Shown here: piece by piece, positions 17,604 to 29,897 of the stretch | Position numbering within the stretch: the stretch's first letter is position 1 | Layout of the letters: each line of letters opens with the position of its first letter | DNA from: Solirubrobacterales bacterium | GTDB taxonomy: Bacteria; Actinomycetota; Thermoleophilia; Solirubrobacterales; JBBDJG01 | Assembly: GCA_038326655.1 (NCBI GenBank) | Contig: JBBQKG010000013.1 | Span: 8,394-72,393, forward strand | Direction: 5' to 3' | DNA length: 64,000 bases | Position numbers and translations under genes: made by a program | Notes under the pieces: model-generated | The model's database searches: none | Told to the model about the DNA's origin: nothing | What the model saw: the letters and a program-made list of their open reading frames with translations, nothing else

Positions 17604-18549
17604 ACTCCGCCTGGCTGAGCGTCCCTGGAGGCCGGCGTTCTGCCGCCCAGCGGTTCGCGAGTCGCTGCAGTGCCTCGTTCACGGGCGTGGGGATTCCGTG
17701 AAGCCGGCCCAGCAGCACGATTTCGCCGTTCAGGTAGTCGGCCTCGATCGATCCGGCGCCGCGGGCGAGGCTCTGCCAGGTGGAGCCGCCCCCGCGCTCG
17801 CGACCGTGGACCGGCCGCGGCTGAAGCAGGTCGGCGCGGCGCGTCCGGTCCTCCTCCTCGGAGGCGAAATCGATCCCGGCCGCGCGCAGCACCGCCTCGC
17901 CCTCGGCCGTCGCGGCGCGGTCGATCTCGTCCTGGGCGGGCCCCGCCTCGATCACCGCCTCGATCGCGTTGCCCAGGTTCATGAGCAGCTTCCGATACTT
18001 CCAGCGCATGATCTCCGGAAGCACCCGCGAGTCGAAGGTCGAGGCGTTGAAGGCAGCCGCGATCTGCCGGGCGGTCTCGTCGAGGCCTCGGGGGTAGCGA
18101 CCGATGTCGAGCATCCCGGTCACCGGGGTCGAGCTTGCCTGCACGACGCCCGGCTCCAGGTGCGTCGCCGGCAGCATCACGTGGACGCCATAGACGCGGG
18201 GGAACATGCGCAGCGCCGAGCGCTCGTTCTCGACACCGTTCTGGGCGCAGACGACGGGGAGGTCCCGCGGCGCGGTCGCTGCCAGCGCGCGAAACGCGCC
18301 GGCGGTGTCCTGGCTCTTGACCGCGAGGATCAGCACGTCGCGATCTTCGAAGGCGATCTCGGACGGATGCTCGACGACCGGGATGTGCAACGTGGCTGTC
18401 TCGTCGGGAGACTCGAGCCGTAGCCCGGTCTCGCGGATCGCCGTCAGGTGCCTGCCACGCGCGACCAGCACGACTTCGTGTCCGTGCCGGCACAGCCGGC
18501 CGCCCACGACCCCGCCGACGGCGCCGGCCCCGTAGATCAGAAATCGCAT
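17578..18549 (-). CDS. panE: 2-dehydropantoate 2-reductase (ketopantoate reductase family)
   Basis: N-terminal MRFLIYGAGAVGG Rossmann motif and KYRKLLMN family motif. ATG 18549 preferred over the track start 18600. Confidence 0.8.
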   Translation of the reverse strand: MRFLIYGAGAVGGVVGGRLCRHGHEVVLVARGRHLTAIRETGLRLESPDETATLHIPVVEHPSEIAFEDRDVLILAVKSQDTAGAFRALAATAPRDLPVVCAQNGVENERSALRMFPRVYGVHVMLPATHLEPGVVQASSTPVTGMLDIGRYPRGLDETARQIAAAFNASTFDSRVLPEIMRWKYRKLLMNLGNAIEAVIEAGPAQDEIDRAATAEGEAVLRAAGIDFASEEEDRTRRADLLQPRPVHGRERGGGSTWQSLARGAGSIEADYLNGEIVLLGRLHGIPTPVNEALQRLANRWAAERRPPGTLSQAEFERALRNQ

Positions 18550-18639
18550 CGCATGTAGACGGTCGCACGGAACGGACGTGTGCGGCGTTGTGCATCGCAT
18601 GCCGGCGCGATGGTCCGCCCCGGGCTCCCCGGGCCGCCG

Positions 18640-18801
18640 TCAGCCGGCGTCGGCCTCCGCGGCGACGGGCTGCGAGGGCTGGACCCGCAACCACCGCGCC
18701 GGCCCCTGGGGCAGCCACCAGTTCCAGCGGCCGAAGAGCGACACGGCCGCGGGCACGAGCAGCGCCCTGATCACCGTTGCGTCGAACAGGATGCCGGCCG
18801 C
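18640..18801 (-). pseudogene. orphan C-terminal fragment of an MMPL/RND-type transporter
   Basis: The last ~53 codons of track ORF 18640..19527 read AGILFDATVIRALLVPAAVSLFGRWNWWLPQGPARWLR..., the characteristic MMPL C-terminus, with G/C-ending codons. There is no start codon and no upstream MMPL sequence. Confidence 0.6.
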
Positions 18802-18818
18802 CGCCGGCTGACCGCGCC

Positions 18819-19307
18819 TCAGCGACGCCCGGCCGAGGCGAGCGCCTCGTATGCGATGCCGGTCGCGGTTGCGTAGACGGCGTGGTGGAAAACGTCGATC
18901 GCGATCTCCTCGGCACCCCACTGGTCGACCGGCGGCGTGACGCCGAGCTTCGGGAGCATCACGACTGCCTGGCCCCACACGGCTGCGCCGTGAGCGGCGG
19001 TCGCCGCCTTCGGCGGCAGCGGAGTCGAGCCGAGCAGCCCGCGCACGGCTCCCCAGCCGGTGCCGTAGCCCCAATGGACGAGGTTGGAGAAGCGGCGCTC
19101 CGCCTGGGCGCTCTCGAACTTCTCGATGCCGAGCGCCTTCTCCGCCGCCCGTGCGGGCGTCTGGCTCGGCTCGCGCCTGCGGAGCTTGGCCTCGAGCGTC
19201 GACGAGACCGTCATCGCGGCTGTCCCCACGAGCCCCGCCGTCAGGCCCCTGCCGATGTTGCAGGCCAGCCTCGAGATGTTCCTCGAGATGTTCGTCGACG
19301 CGCTCAT
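18819..19307 (-). CDS. hypothetical membrane protein
   Basis: 162 aa with G/C third-position bias and hydrophobic segments. No family recognised with confidence. Confidence 0.55.
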   Translation of the reverse strand: MSASTNISRNISRLACNIGRGLTAGLVGTAAMTVSSTLEAKLRRREPSQTPARAAEKALGIEKFESAQAERRFSNLVHWGYGTGWGAVRGLLGSTPLPPKAATAAHGAAVWGQAVVMLPKLGVTPPVDQWGAEEIAIDVFHHAVYATATGIAYEALASAGRR

Positions 19308-19313
19308 ACCTCG

Positions 19314-19787
19314 TTACGCCGCTTGCCGGACCCAGTCCGACCAGGACACGATGCCGAGGTCCGGCTGCGGCGAGCTGTCCAGCATCGCGAGGTACTCGAG
19401 TTGATGGCCGTCGGGGTCGAGGAAGTAGACCGCCGCGGCCGGCATCCAGCCGATCACGCTCGGCTCGTCCGCCTCGACGCCGAAGAACGACAGCGGCGTG
19501 ACCCCGTAGGCCTCGAGCCGGTCGCATGTCTCGAGCACGTCGTCCAGGGCGACTTCGAACGCGACGTGCAGCTTCATTCCCAGCGGCGCGGAGCCGAGCG
19601 ACCAGAGGCCGAGCATCGAGCGGCCCGGCTCGCCGACCCAGAAGAAGGCGGCGCCCCGCTCGGGCATGTCGAGTGCGAGCGGGAGGCCGACCACGTCGCG
19701 GTAGAACCCGGCCGACCGCGCAAGGTCGCTGACGGTGAGATGGGTCTCGAACAGGGAGCGAACCGGCACCGCGGCCATCGCCGCCAT
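19314..19787 (-). CDS. VOC family protein (glyoxalase-like)
   Basis: ETHLTVSDLARSAGFYRDVVGL...HVAFEV...YFLDPDGHQLEY pattern. Confidence 0.75.
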   Translation of the reverse strand: MAAMAAVPVRSLFETHLTVSDLARSAGFYRDVVGLPLALDMPERGAAFFWVGEPGRSMLGLWSLGSAPLGMKLHVAFEVALDDVLETCDRLEAYGVTPLSFFGVEADEPSVIGWMPAAAVYFLDPDGHQLEYLAMLDSSPQPDLGIVSWSDWVRQAA

Positions 19788-19788
19788 C

Positions 19789-20598
19789 CTACTCGGACGA
19801 CCAGGGCTCGCGGAAGTCCGCGAAGAGCGTCAGCCCCCCGTCCACGAAGATCGTCTGTCCCGTGATGTAGGCGGCATCGTCGCTGGCGAGAAAGCAGGTG
19901 ACTCCCGCCATCTCGTCCGCCGTGCCCGGCCGCCCGAGCGGAATGTGGCTGGTCACCTGCTTCGCCTTCGCCGGATCGTCGACCCAGGCACGGTTGATCG
20001 GCGTGATCGTGGCGCCCGGCCCGATGCCGTTGACGCGGATGTTGTTGCCGGCATATTCGAGCGCGAGCGTCCGGGTCAGGTTCCGCATCCCGCCCTTGCT
20101 CACCGAGTACCCGAGGTAGTCCGGCTTCGGGATGTCCTGGTGCACGCTCGAGACGTTGACGATCACGCCGGGCGTGTCGTTCGCGAGGTACTGCTTGATC
20201 GCCTCACGGCCGCAGAGGAAGGAGCCGCGAAGATTCACGCCGAGCACCTTCTCGAAGTCCGCCTGCGACAGCTCGTGCGAAGGTCGCGAGATCTGGATGC
20301 CGGCGTTGTTGATCAGCACGTCGATGCCGCCGAGCTCGGCGACGGTTTGCTCGACCATCCTCACGACGTCGTCCTCCTTGGAGACGTCGCCCTGGACCAG
20401 GACGTCCTTCACGTCCTGCTGGCGGACCCGGTCCATGCACGCGTGCACCATCTCCTCGGTGCCCTCGGCCTCGTCGGGCGTCGTCAGGTAGTTGATCGCG
20501 ACGTTCGCGCCGTGCTGGGCGAACCGCACGGCGATCGCCTGCCCGATCCCGGAGCTGCCGCCGGTGACCAGCACGTTCTTGCCCTTCAGTCCTCGCAT
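19789..20598 (-). CDS. SDR family oxidoreductase, glucose 1-dehydrogenase-like
   Basis: TGGSSGIG, NNAG and YSVSKGG (YxxxK) motifs, with overall similarity to glucose 1-dehydrogenases. Confidence 0.85.
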   Translation of the reverse strand: MRGLKGKNVLVTGGSSGIGQAIAVRFAQHGANVAINYLTTPDEAEGTEEMVHACMDRVRQQDVKDVLVQGDVSKEDDVVRMVEQTVAELGGIDVLINNAGIQISRPSHELSQADFEKVLGVNLRGSFLCGREAIKQYLANDTPGVIVNVSSVHQDIPKPDYLGYSVSKGGMRNLTRTLALEYAGNNIRVNGIGPGATITPINRAWVDDPAKAKQVTSHIPLGRPGTADEMAGVTCFLASDDAAYITGQTIFVDGGLTLFADFREPWSSE

Positions 20599-20653
20599 CG
20601 TGTCCTCTCGTGCCGCGGTGGGGGCGACTGTAGTGCCGGGAGGAGAGCGGGCG

Positions 20654-21867
20654 TTACACGCGCCCGACGGCCTGGCGCTGGCGCCGCGCGAGCGCGTCCA
20701 CGATCACCGCCAGGAGCAGCACGCCGCCCGTCACCATGAACTTCACGGAGGACTCCAGCGCGAGCAGGTCCATCCCGTTCGAGATCGAGCCGATCACGAG
20801 TGCGCCGAGCAGCGCCGACCAAACCGAGCCGCGACCGCCGAAGAGGCTCGTGCCCGCGATCACCGGGCCGGCGATCGCGAGCAGCAGCAGGTCGCTGCCA
20901 CCCGAGCTCTGGTTGACGGCCAGGAGGCGCGAGGCCTGCATGATCCCGCCGATCGCCGCCATCGTCCCCGCGATCGCGAACACGATCACGCGGATCTTGT
21001 GAATGTTAATGCCGGCCCGCCGGGCGGCCTCGGCGTTGCCGCCGACCGCGTAGACGTGGCGACCGAAGAGCGTGCGTTTCGCGAGGTATTCCATGCCGGC
21101 CACGAAGCCGACGAGAATCAGGACCGCGAGCGGCACGCCGCGGTCGGAGTTCAGGATCGCGACGGCGGCGATCACGGCGGCCGCAACCACCACGATGCGG
21201 ATCATCGGGCCCGTCAGCTGCCGGTCCGCGAGGCCCGCCCGCACCCGCGCGCGCCAGGCCCACAGCGTCGATCCTGCGTAGGCCCCGATCGCGACCACCG
21301 CCATGATCCACCCCACCGTGTCCGAGTAGAAGGTGTTCGCGAGCCCGGTGATCTTGCCGTCGTTGATGTTGATCGTGCCCGTGTCGCCAAGCACGTAGAG
21401 CAGAGCGCCCTGCCAGGCCAGGAGGCCGGCCAGCGTCACCACGAACGAGGGGACGCCGAAACCGGTGAAGATCGCGCCCTGGAACACCCCGATCGCGGTG
21501 CCGCACAGCACTCCGGCGGCGATCGCGAGGTAGGGGTTCCAACCGTGCTTTACGTTCATGACCGCCATCACGGCAGCCGCGAGCCCGCTCACTGCGCCGA
21601 CCGACAGGTCGATCTCGCCCAGCAGCAACACGTACACGACGCCTACCGAGATCAGGCCCACGGCCGTGATCTGGAGCATCAGGTTGGTGAGGTTGATAGC
21701 GGTCAGGAAGCGGTCGTTTTGGGACTGGAAGATGATCCAGATCACGACCACGCCGAGGATCACGCGCACCGACGCGAGATCGCCCTGGACGAAGCGACGG
21801 ATCACCTCGCCCCGGCTCGGCCTAGCCGGGGGCTCCACGGCGGGTGCCGTCTGCGGCGCGGCGGCGC

Positions 21868-21871
<4 letters not shown>
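20654..21871 (-). CDS. sugar ABC transporter permease (XylH/RbsC-type)
   Basis: 405 aa, about 10 TM helices, conserved AVGGNAEAARRAGI loop. GTG 21871 overlaps the ATPase stop (GTGA). Confidence 0.9.
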
Positions 21872-22653
<782 letters not shown>

Positions 22654-22681
22654 CTGCCGGGCCCCGCTCCGCTTGCCGCTG

Positions 22682-23767
22682 TTAGATCCCCGCCGACGAG
22701 CATGCGCTGGCGAACGATCCCTTGCAGAGATCTGACCTCTTGACGTCGCCGCCCTTGACGACGGTGTTGACGTTGTTCTTGAGGATCGCGACCGGGTTCA
22801 GGATCACCGACGGCACCTTCTTCTGGCCGTTGTCGATCTGCTGGTTCACGAGCCCCGACGGAACGCTGTCGCCCTTCACGAGCGCGACCGCGATCTGCGC
22901 CGCCGCACCCGATTCCGGCTTGATTGCCTTCCAGACCGTCATGTACTGGTCGCCGGTGAGGATCCGCTGCAACCCGGCCACGGTCGCGTCCTGACCGGTC
23001 GTCGGGCGCGTCGAAGGCTTGATGCCGGCCGACTTCATCGCCGCGATGTCAGCGCCCCCCAGGTCGTCGTTCGAGGCGAGCACGCCCGCGAACCCGCTGT
23101 TGCCGAGCGCCGTGATCGCCTGCTGCATCTCGTCCTGCGCCTTGTTGGCGAGCCAGCCCGGAGTGTCGTAGGTCTTTGCGATTGTCACGCCGCCGGCCTT
23201 CAGCGCCGCGGTCGCGCCCGACTTGAACAGCTTCGCGTTGTTGTCCGCAGGGTCGCCGGCGGTCATCACGACGGGGCCGGTCGGCTTCCCGACCGCCTTC
23301 AGGCCCTTGATCAGAGTATTGCCCTGGAGCGTGCCGACACGCGTGTTGTCGTACGAGACGTAGTAGTCGACGTCGGAATTGGTGATCAGTCGGTCGTAGC
23401 TCACGACCGGCACCTTCTGCGCCTTCGCCTTGCTCACGATTGAGGCTGCGGAGCCGGCGTCCACGGCGTCCACGACTAGCACCTTGGCACCTTGGGCAAG
23501 CGCGGCGTCGGCCTGGTTCTGCTGCTTGGCCGCGTCCTGCGCCGCGTTGCTGTAGAGGATCTTGCAGTCGCTGCAAAGGCTCTTGACCTTTGCCTGGAAG
23601 TCGGGCCGGTCGGCCGCCTCGTAGCGCGGCGTGTGGTTCTCCGGCAAGAGCAGCGCGATCGTGCCGCCGCCACCACCACCCCCGCCACCGCCGCAACCGG
23701 CTGCCAGCAGGACGAGCGTTAGAAGCATGGCGGCAGCGCCACCTGCTGCGAGGTTCTTACGAAGCAT
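22682..23767 (-). CDS. sugar ABC transporter substrate-binding lipoprotein (XylF/ChvE-like)
   Basis: Lipobox LLAAGC followed by a 10-Gly linker. Periplasmic-binding-protein type I pattern. ATG 23767 is preceded by GGAGGTGAGGAG. The upstream part of the track ORF is noise. Confidence 0.9.
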   Translation of the reverse strand: MLRKNLAAGGAAAMLLTLVLLAAGCGGGGGGGGGGTIALLLPENHTPRYEAADRPDFQAKVKSLCSDCKILYSNAAQDAAKQQNQADAALAQGAKVLVVDAVDAGSAASIVSKAKAQKVPVVSYDRLITNSDVDYYVSYDNTRVGTLQGNTLIKGLKAVGKPTGPVVMTAGDPADNNAKLFKSGATAALKAGGVTIAKTYDTPGWLANKAQDEMQQAITALGNSGFAGVLASNDDLGGADIAAMKSAGIKPSTRPTTGQDATVAGLQRILTGDQYMTVWKAIKPESGAAAQIAVALVKGDSVPSGLVNQQIDNGQKKVPSVILNPVAILKNNVNTVVKGGDVKRSDLCKGSFASACSSAGI

Positions 23768-23837
23768 CTGTCTCCTCACCTCCATTGGTGGTGCCGGCGG
23801 CCAGTTCGACCGGCTCATCCCATTGGCCTGTGCAAAC

Positions 23838-23865
23838 GTCATATCCCTTGCGGGGTTGTCATATT
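23838..23865 (+). promoter_or_regulatory. candidate operator / extended -10 promoter in the divergent region between the sugar ABC operon and the PPP operon
   Basis: Direct repeat GTCATAT at 23838-23844 and 23858-23864 (20-bp spacing). The second copy reads TGtCATATT, like an extended -10, about 32 nt upstream of ATG 23897. Confidence 0.3.
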
Positions 23866-23896
23866 CCTGCTTCTTCGTTCTCTGCACAAGTAGCGC

Positions 23897-24991
23897 ATGG
23901 CGGATTTCAGCGCAGCGATCATCGGATATGGGCTGGCGGGCTCGGTTTTCCACGCCCCGCTGATCTCCTCGACGCCGGGCATGCGGGTCCTGACGGTCGT
24001 GACGGCGAACGTCGAGCGGCGCGCGCAGGCACTTCGCGACAACCTCGGCGCGCGCGTGCTCTCGACGCCTGACGAGCTGTGGGCGCGAGCCGAAGAGCAC
24101 GACTTCGTCGTCGTGGCGACGCCGAACAACGCGCACGCGCCGCTGGCACGGCACGCCGTGGACGCCGGCCTCCCGGTGGTCGTCGACAAGCCGCTCGCGG
24201 CTGTTCCCGCGGAAGCACGCGCGGTCGTCGAACACGCGCAATCACGGGGAGTGCTGCTGACCGTGTTTCAAAACCGGCGGTGGGACTCCGACCAGCGCAC
24301 GCTTCGCCGGCTGCTCTCGGAGCGAAGGCTCGGCGACGTGCTCCGCTTCGAGTCGCGCCTGGAGCGCTGGCGTCCCGAGCTGCGGGCTGAGGCCTGGCGC
24401 GAGAGCACCGCCGCGGCCGAGGGTGGCGGCGTCCTGCTCGACCTCGGCAGTCACCTCGTCGACCAGGCGCTCGGCCTTTTCGGTGCTGCGGCGGATGTCT
24501 ATGCGGAGGTCGACCGCCGCCGCGGAGCGGCCGGCGACGACGATGCCTTCGTGGCGCTCCGCCATCGCTCCGGCGCCTACAGCCACCTCTGGGTGTCCGC
24601 GCTCGCGGCCGCCCCCGGACCCCGGCTCCGCGTGCTCGGCGATCGCGCCGCCTACGTCGTCGAGGAGGTGGACGGGCAGGAGGACGCACTTCGGTCAGGC
24701 CGTCGTCCGGACGACGGCGGACCGTGGGGAGTGGAGCCCGAGTCCCGCTGGGGCCGGCTGATTCGCGGGGACGAGAGCGAGCCGGTTCCGAGCGAGCTCG
24801 GCGCATGGCCGCGCTTCTACTCGGAGCTCGAGGCCGCGCTCCGCGACGGCGGGCCGCCGCCGGTCGATCCCGCGGATGCGGTCGCGACGCTGGAGGTCCT
24901 CGAGGCGGCCCGCCGGAGCGCCAGGGAACGGCGCGTGGTTGCGATGCCGGGTTGCGATACTGGATCACCGAGCAAGGGAGCCCCCGCATGA
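23897..24991 (+). CDS. Gfo/Idh/MocA family oxidoreductase
   Basis: N-terminal AIIGYGLAGSVFH Rossmann motif and VVDKPLA motif. The stop overlaps the tkt start (ATGA). Confidence 0.85.
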   Translation: MADFSAAIIGYGLAGSVFHAPLISSTPGMRVLTVVTANVERRAQALRDNLGARVLSTPDELWARAEEHDFVVVATPNNAHAPLARHAVDAGLPVVVDKPLAAVPAEARAVVEHAQSRGVLLTVFQNRRWDSDQRTLRRLLSERRLGDVLRFESRLERWRPELRAEAWRESTAAAEGGGVLLDLGSHLVDQALGLFGAAADVYAEVDRRRGAAGDDDAFVALRHRSGAYSHLWVSALAAAPGPRLRVLGDRAAYVVEEVDGQEDALRSGRRPDDGGPWGVEPESRWGRLIRGDESEPVPSELGAWPRFYSELEAALRDGGPPPVDPADAVATLEVLEAARRSARERRVVAMPGCDTGSPSKGAPA

Positions 24992-27075
24992 CCTCGACCA
25001 AACCCGACGTCAACATCGACCAGCTCGCGATCGACACGATCCGCACGCTCGCGATCGACGCGATCCAGAAGGCCAATTCGGGCCATCCGGGCACGGTGAT
25101 GGCGATGGCGCCGGTCGCGTACGAGCTGTGGCAGCAGCACCTCCGCTTCGATCCCGAGGATCCGATCTGGCCCAACCGAGACCGCTTCGTGCTCTCCGCC
25201 GGGCACGCGTCGATGTTGCTCTACGCGCTGCTGCACCTGGCCGGGGTCAAGGCCGTCGACCCCGACTACGAGGCACTCGGGGAGCTGTCGGTGAAGCTCT
25301 CCGACATCGAGCACTTCCGCCAGCTCGGCTCGCGCGCTGCCGGGCACCCGGAGTACCGCTGGACCTCCGGCGTCGAGGCCACCACGGGACCGCTCGGGCA
25401 GGGTGTCGCGACGTCGGTGGGGATGGCGATTGCCTCGCAGTGGCTTGCGGCCACCTACAACCGCCCGGGCTTCGAGCTTTTCGACTGGAACGTCTACGTG
25501 ATCGCCAGCGACGGCGACATGATGGAGGGCGTCTCCTACGAGGGCGCCTCGCTCGCGGGCCACCTGGGTCTCGCGAACCTCTGCTGGATCTACGACAACA
25601 ACCACATCACGATCGACGGGTCGACGGACCTGGCGTTCAGCGACGACGTCGCGACCCGGTTCATGGCGCAGGGCTGGAACGTCACCCGGGTCGACGACGC
25701 CAACGACCGCGAGATGGTGTCGCGCGCCCTCGAGTCGTTCGAGAGCACCGAAGACCGGCCCACGCTGATCATCGTGGACAGCCACATCGGCTACGGGGCG
25801 CCGAAGGTGCAGGACACCGCCGCCGCGCACGGCGAGCCGCTCGGCGAGGAGGTGGCGCGGGAGGCAAAGCGGTTCTACGGATGGCCCGAGGACGCGCAGT
25901 TCCTGGTCCCCGATGGCGTTCGCGAGCGCTTCGCAGAGGGCGTGGGCGCGCGGGGACGCGCGGCCCGGGAGGAGTGGGAGCGCATGTTCGAGCGCTACCG
26001 GGCCGAGCACGCCGAGCTCGCAGCGGAGATCGACTGCATGCAGCGGCGCGAGCTGCCGGACGGCTGGGACGACGACCTGCCGAGCTTCGCGCCGGACGAG
26101 AAGGGGATCGCCACGCGGGTGGCCTCCGGCCAGGCCCTCAACGCGATCGCAGAGGACGTGCGCTGGCTCGTGGGAGGCGCCGCCGACCTGACCGGTTCCA
26201 CCAGCGTGGGCCTGAAGTTCGGCGCGGCGGGCACGTTCTCGCGGGAAAGCGGCGCCGGGCGCTACCTGCACTTCGGAATCCGCGAGCACGGCATGTCCGC
26301 GGCGGTCAACGGGCTCTCGCTCTCGAAGCTGCGGCCATACGGGTCGACATACCTGATCTTCTCGGACTACGCCCGCGAGCCGATCCGCCTCAGCGCGCTG
26401 ATGGAGATCCCCGCGATCTGGATCTTCACGCACGACTCGATCGGCCTCGGAGAGGACGGCCCCACGCACCAGCCGGTCGAGCAGCTCGCCTCGCTGCGGG
26501 CGATGCCCGGGCTCGTCACGGTCAGGCCCTGCGACGCGAACGAGACGATCGAGGCCTGGCGCGTGATCATGGGCATGCACCACTCGCCCGCCGCCCTCGT
26601 CCTGACGCGTCAGGCGGTCCCGATCCTCGACCGCGAGCGCTACGCGCCGGCCGCGGGCCTCGAGCGCGGCGCCTACGTGCTCGCCGACCCGGAGGAGGGA
26701 GACCCCGAGGTGATCCTGATCGGGACCGGAAGTGAGGTGTACCTGTGCGCCCAGGCCTACGAGCAGCTCACGGCCGAAGGCGAGAAGGTGCGCCTTGTCA
26801 GCATGCCGTCGTGGGAGCTCTTCGACCTTCAGCCCGAGGCGTACCGCGCGGAGCTGCTGCCCGCCAGCGTCCAGGCCAGGGTGTCGGTCGAGCAGGCCTC
26901 CACGATCGGGTGGGAGCGCTTCGTCGGCACGCGCGGGGCGATGATCGGCATGCACACCTTCGGCGCCTCGGCGCCGCTCAAGGACGTGCAGAAGAAGTTC
27001 GGCTTCACGCCCGACGCGATCGTGGCCGCCTGCCGCGAGCAGCTCGCGCAGGCGCGCGCCGTGGGCGCGCGATGA
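24988..27075 (+). CDS. tkt: transketolase
   Basis: SGHPG, GDGDMMEG-like SDGDMMEG, and [15 protein letters not shown] motifs. AAGGGAG precedes ATG 24988. Confidence 0.95.
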   Translation: MTSTKPDVNIDQLAIDTIRTLAIDAIQKANSGHPGTVMAMAPVAYELWQQHLRFDPEDPIWPNRDRFVLSAGHASMLLYALLHLAGVKAVDPDYEALGELSVKLSDIEHFRQLGSRAAGHPEYRWTSGVEATTGPLGQGVATSVGMAIASQWLAATYNRPGFELFDWNVYVIASDGDMMEGVSYEGASLAGHLGLANLCWIYDNNHITIDGSTDLAFSDDVATRFMAQGWNVTRVDDANDREMVSRALESFESTEDRPTLIIVDSHIGYGAPKVQDTAAAHGEPLGEEVAREAKRFYGWPEDAQFLVPDGVRERFAEGVGARGRAAREEWERMFERYRAEHAELAAEIDCMQRRELPDGWDDDLPSFAPDEKGIATRVASGQALNAIAEDVRWLVGGAADLTGSTSVGLKFGAAGTFSRESGAGRYLHFGIREHGMSAAVNGLSLSKLRPYGSTYLIFSDYAREPIRLSALMEIPAIWIFTHDSIGLGEDGPTHQPVEQLASLRAMPGLVTVRPCDANETIEAWRVIMGMHHSPAALVLTRQAVPILDRERYAPAAGLERGAYVLADPEEGDPEVILIGTGSEVYLCAQAYEQLTAEGEKVRLVSMPSWELFDLQPEAYRAELLPASVQARVSVEQASTIGWERFVGTRGAMIGMHTFGASAPLKDVQKKFGFTPDAIVAACREQLAQARAVGAR

Positions 27076-29897
27076 CTACTCCGGCGGCAACCCGGAACCC
27101 GCTCCTCGAGCTCGTCCAGCAGGGCCAGAGCGTCTGGTACGACTATCTGCGCCGCAGCCTGATCACGTCCGGCGAGCTGGAGCGGCTGGTCGCCGAGGAC
27201 GGGCTGCGTGGGATGACCTCGAACCCCTCGATCTTCGAGAAGGCGATCACCGGCTCGACCGACTACGACGAGCAGCTCGAAGAGCTCCGCCGTTCGGGAA
27301 GCGCGGCCCGAGGTGAGTCGACGCAAGATTTGTTCGTTCAACTCGCGGTCCGCGACATCGGGGCGGCGGCGGACGTCTTCCGCCCGCTCTACGACGAGAC
27401 GGGTGGCGCGGACGGCTTCGTCTCGATCGAGGTCTCCCCGACGCTCGCGCACGACACCGAGGGCACGATTGCGGAGGCGGAGCACCTGTGGTCGGTGCTC
27501 GACCGCCCCAACGTGATGGTCAAGGTGCCCGCGACGCCCGAGGGCCTGCCGGCGATCCGGGAGCTGACCGGCCGCGGATTGAACGTCAACATCACGCTGC
27601 TCTTCGGAATCTCCGTCTACGAGCAGGTGATCGAGGCCTACCTCTCCGGGCTCGAGGCGCTGGCCGCCTCCGGGGGCGATGTCTCGCGCGTCGCGTCGGT
27701 CGCGAGCTTCTTCGTGAGCAGGATCGACACCGCGGTCGCCGTGCTGCTCGAGCAGCACGGCGAGGACGGCCGCAAGCTCCAGGACCGCGTCGCGATCGCC
27801 AACGCAAAGCTCGCTTACCAGTGCTACAAGCAGAGCTTCGCGGGCGAGCGCTGGGAGCGGCTCGCGGCGACGGGCGCGCACACCCAGCGCCTGCTGTGGG
27901 CCAGCACCAGCGTCAAGAACCCGGCCCTTCCCGACGTTTACTACGTCGAGGCCCTGATCGGCCCGGAGACGGTCGACACGGTGCCGCCCGCGACCTTCGA
28001 CGCGTTCCGCGATCACGGTCGCGTACGCCCGGCCCTGGAGGAGGGCGTGGACGAGGCGCGCGAGGTCCTCGACCGGCTCGAGGGGCTCGGCATCTCCCTC
28101 GACGAGGTGACCGACAAGGTCCTGGCGGACGGCGTCCGGCTGTTCGACGAGGCGTACGCGAAGCTGCTGGCGGCGGTCGCGACCGCGACCGGCTCGCTCG
28201 CCGACCGGCAGACGCTGTCGCTGCCGGAGCAGTTGCGGGCCGGCGTCGAGGCGACGCTCGACGACTGGGACGCCGGCGCCAAGTGCCGGCGCCTGTGGCG
28301 GCGCGACAGCTCTCTGTGGACCGGCGCCGACGAGTCGCAGTGGCTGGGCTGGCTCGGCGTCGTCGACGACCAGCTCGTGCACGCCGAGGAGCTCGAGCGG
28401 ATCGAGCGGGAGGCGCGTGAGGCGGATGTCTTCACCGACGTCGTGCTGCTCGGGATGGGCGGCTCGAGCCTCGCGCCAGAGGTGCTCTCGTTCACGTTCG
28501 GCCACGCGCGACTCAGCCCCGAGCTGCACGTGCTCGACTCGACCGACCCGGCGCAGGTGAAGATGCTGGAAGACGGCATCGACATGCGTCGCACGCTCTT
28601 CATCGTGTCGAGCAAGTCCGGCACGACACTCGAGCCGAACATCTTCAAGGAATATTTTTTCGAGCGCGTGTCTGCGGTGCTGGGGGGAGAGCCCCCGGGC
28701 GACCAGTTCATGGCGATCACCGATCCCGGCTCGCAGCTCGAGGAGGTCGCGCGGCGCGACGGCTTCCGGCGGGTGGCGCACGGCGTGAAGTCGATCGGCG
28801 GCCGCTACTCGGCGCTGTCGAACTTCGGCATGGTCCCGGGCACGGTCGCCGGCATCGACGTGCAGACCCTGCTCGATCGCGCCCAGGAGATGGCGCACGC
28901 GTGTGCGTCGTGCGTGCCCGTGCGCGGAAACCCCGGACTTGTGCTCGGCGCCGTGATCGGGGCAGCCCACAACGCCGGAATCGACAAGCTCACGATCATC
29001 GCGTCTCCACCGGTTCGCGACTTCGGAGCGTGGCTCGAGCAGCTGGTGGCGGAGTCGACCGGCAAGCAGGGACGCGGCGTGATCCCCGTCGACCGGGAGC
29101 CGCTCGGCGCGCCGGAGACCTACGGCTCGGACCGGCTCTTTGCATATCTGCGCCTCGCGGCGGAGGCGGACGCCGACCAGGATCGCGCGGTCGACGCGCT
29201 CGAGGCTGCGGGCCGGCCGGTCGTCCGGATCGCATTGCTCGAGCGCGAGGATCTTGGCGGCCAGTTCTTCCAATGGGAGTTCGCGACCGCGGTGGCCGGT
29301 GCCGTGATCGGCATCAATCCGTTCGACCAGCCCGACGTCGAGGCGGCGAAGGCGGAGACCAGGAAGCTCACGAGCCGGTACGAGGAAACCGGCTCGCTGC
29401 CGGCGGAGGAGCCGTTCTTCGAGCACGACGGCATCGCACTCCACGGGCCGAAGCCCGATGGCCCCGCCGAGGAGTCCCTGGAGGGCTACCTGCGTGCCCA
29501 TCTGGACCGGCTCGGCGAGCGCGACTATCTCGCGCTGCTCGCGTTCCTGCCGATGACCGCCGTGCACGAGCGCGCGCTCACCGAGATCCGCCGGGTGGTC
29601 CGCGACCGCCGCCGGGTCGCGACCTGCGCGGGGTTCGGGCCGCGATTCCTGCATTCGACGGGCCAGGCCTACAAGGGCGGACCGAACAGCGGTGTGTTCG
29701 TGCAGCTCACCTGCGACGACCCGCTCGACCTGGGCGTCCCGGGACGGCGTAATAGCTTTGGCATCGTGAAAGCGGCACAGGCACGGGGCGACTTCGAGGT
29801 GCTGGTCGAGCGCGGCCGCCGCGCGCTGCGGCTGCATCTGCGTGACGCCGGCACGGGCCTCGAGACGCTTCAGCGTCTCGCCGAGAAGGTGGCCTGA
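27072..29897 (+). CDS. tal-pgi: bifunctional transaldolase / glucose-6-phosphate isomerase fusion
   Basis: The N-terminal ~370 aa are transaldolase ([30 protein letters not shown]). The C-terminal ~550 aa are PGI ([26 protein letters not shown]). It is one uninterrupted 941-codon frame, and ATG 27072 overlaps the tkt stop. Confidence 0.9.
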   Translation: MTTPAATRNPLLELVQQGQSVWYDYLRRSLITSGELERLVAEDGLRGMTSNPSIFEKAITGSTDYDEQLEELRRSGSAARGESTQDLFVQLAVRDIGAAADVFRPLYDETGGADGFVSIEVSPTLAHDTEGTIAEAEHLWSVLDRPNVMVKVPATPEGLPAIRELTGRGLNVNITLLFGISVYEQVIEAYLSGLEALAASGGDVSRVASVASFFVSRIDTAVAVLLEQHGEDGRKLQDRVAIANAKLAYQCYKQSFAGERWERLAATGAHTQRLLWASTSVKNPALPDVYYVEALIGPETVDTVPPATFDAFRDHGRVRPALEEGVDEAREVLDRLEGLGISLDEVTDKVLADGVRLFDEAYAKLLAAVATATGSLADRQTLSLPEQLRAGVEATLDDWDAGAKCRRLWRRDSSLWTGADESQWLGWLGVVDDQLVHAEELERIEREAREADVFTDVVLLGMGGSSLAPEVLSFTFGHARLSPELHVLDSTDPAQVKMLEDGIDMRRTLFIVSSKSGTTLEPNIFKEYFFERVSAVLGGEPPGDQFMAITDPGSQLEEVARRDGFRRVAHGVKSIGGRYSALSNFGMVPGTVAGIDVQTLLDRAQEMAHACASCVPVRGNPGLVLGAVIGAAHNAGIDKLTIIASPPVRDFGAWLEQLVAESTGKQGRGVIPVDREPLGAPETYGSDRLFAYLRLAAEADADQDRAVDALEAAGRPVVRIALLEREDLGGQFFQWEFATAVAGAVIGINPFDQPDVEAAKAETRKLTSRYEETGSLPAEEPFFEHDGIALHGPKPDGPAEESLEGYLRAHLDRLGERDYLALLAFLPMTAVHERALTEIRRVVRDRRRVATCAGFGPRFLHSTGQAYKGGPNSGVFVQLTCDDPLDLGVPGRRNSFGIVKAAQARGDFEVLVERGRRALRLHLRDAGTGLETLQRLAEKVA

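Noticed and set aside
23655-23700. The GGN-rich stretch encoding 10 glycines in the sugar-binding lipoprotein, considered as a slippage-prone phase-variation tract.
   Set aside because: The codons are mixed (ggc, ggt, ggg), not a perfect repeat. Poly-Gly tethers after the lipobox Cys are ordinary linkers.
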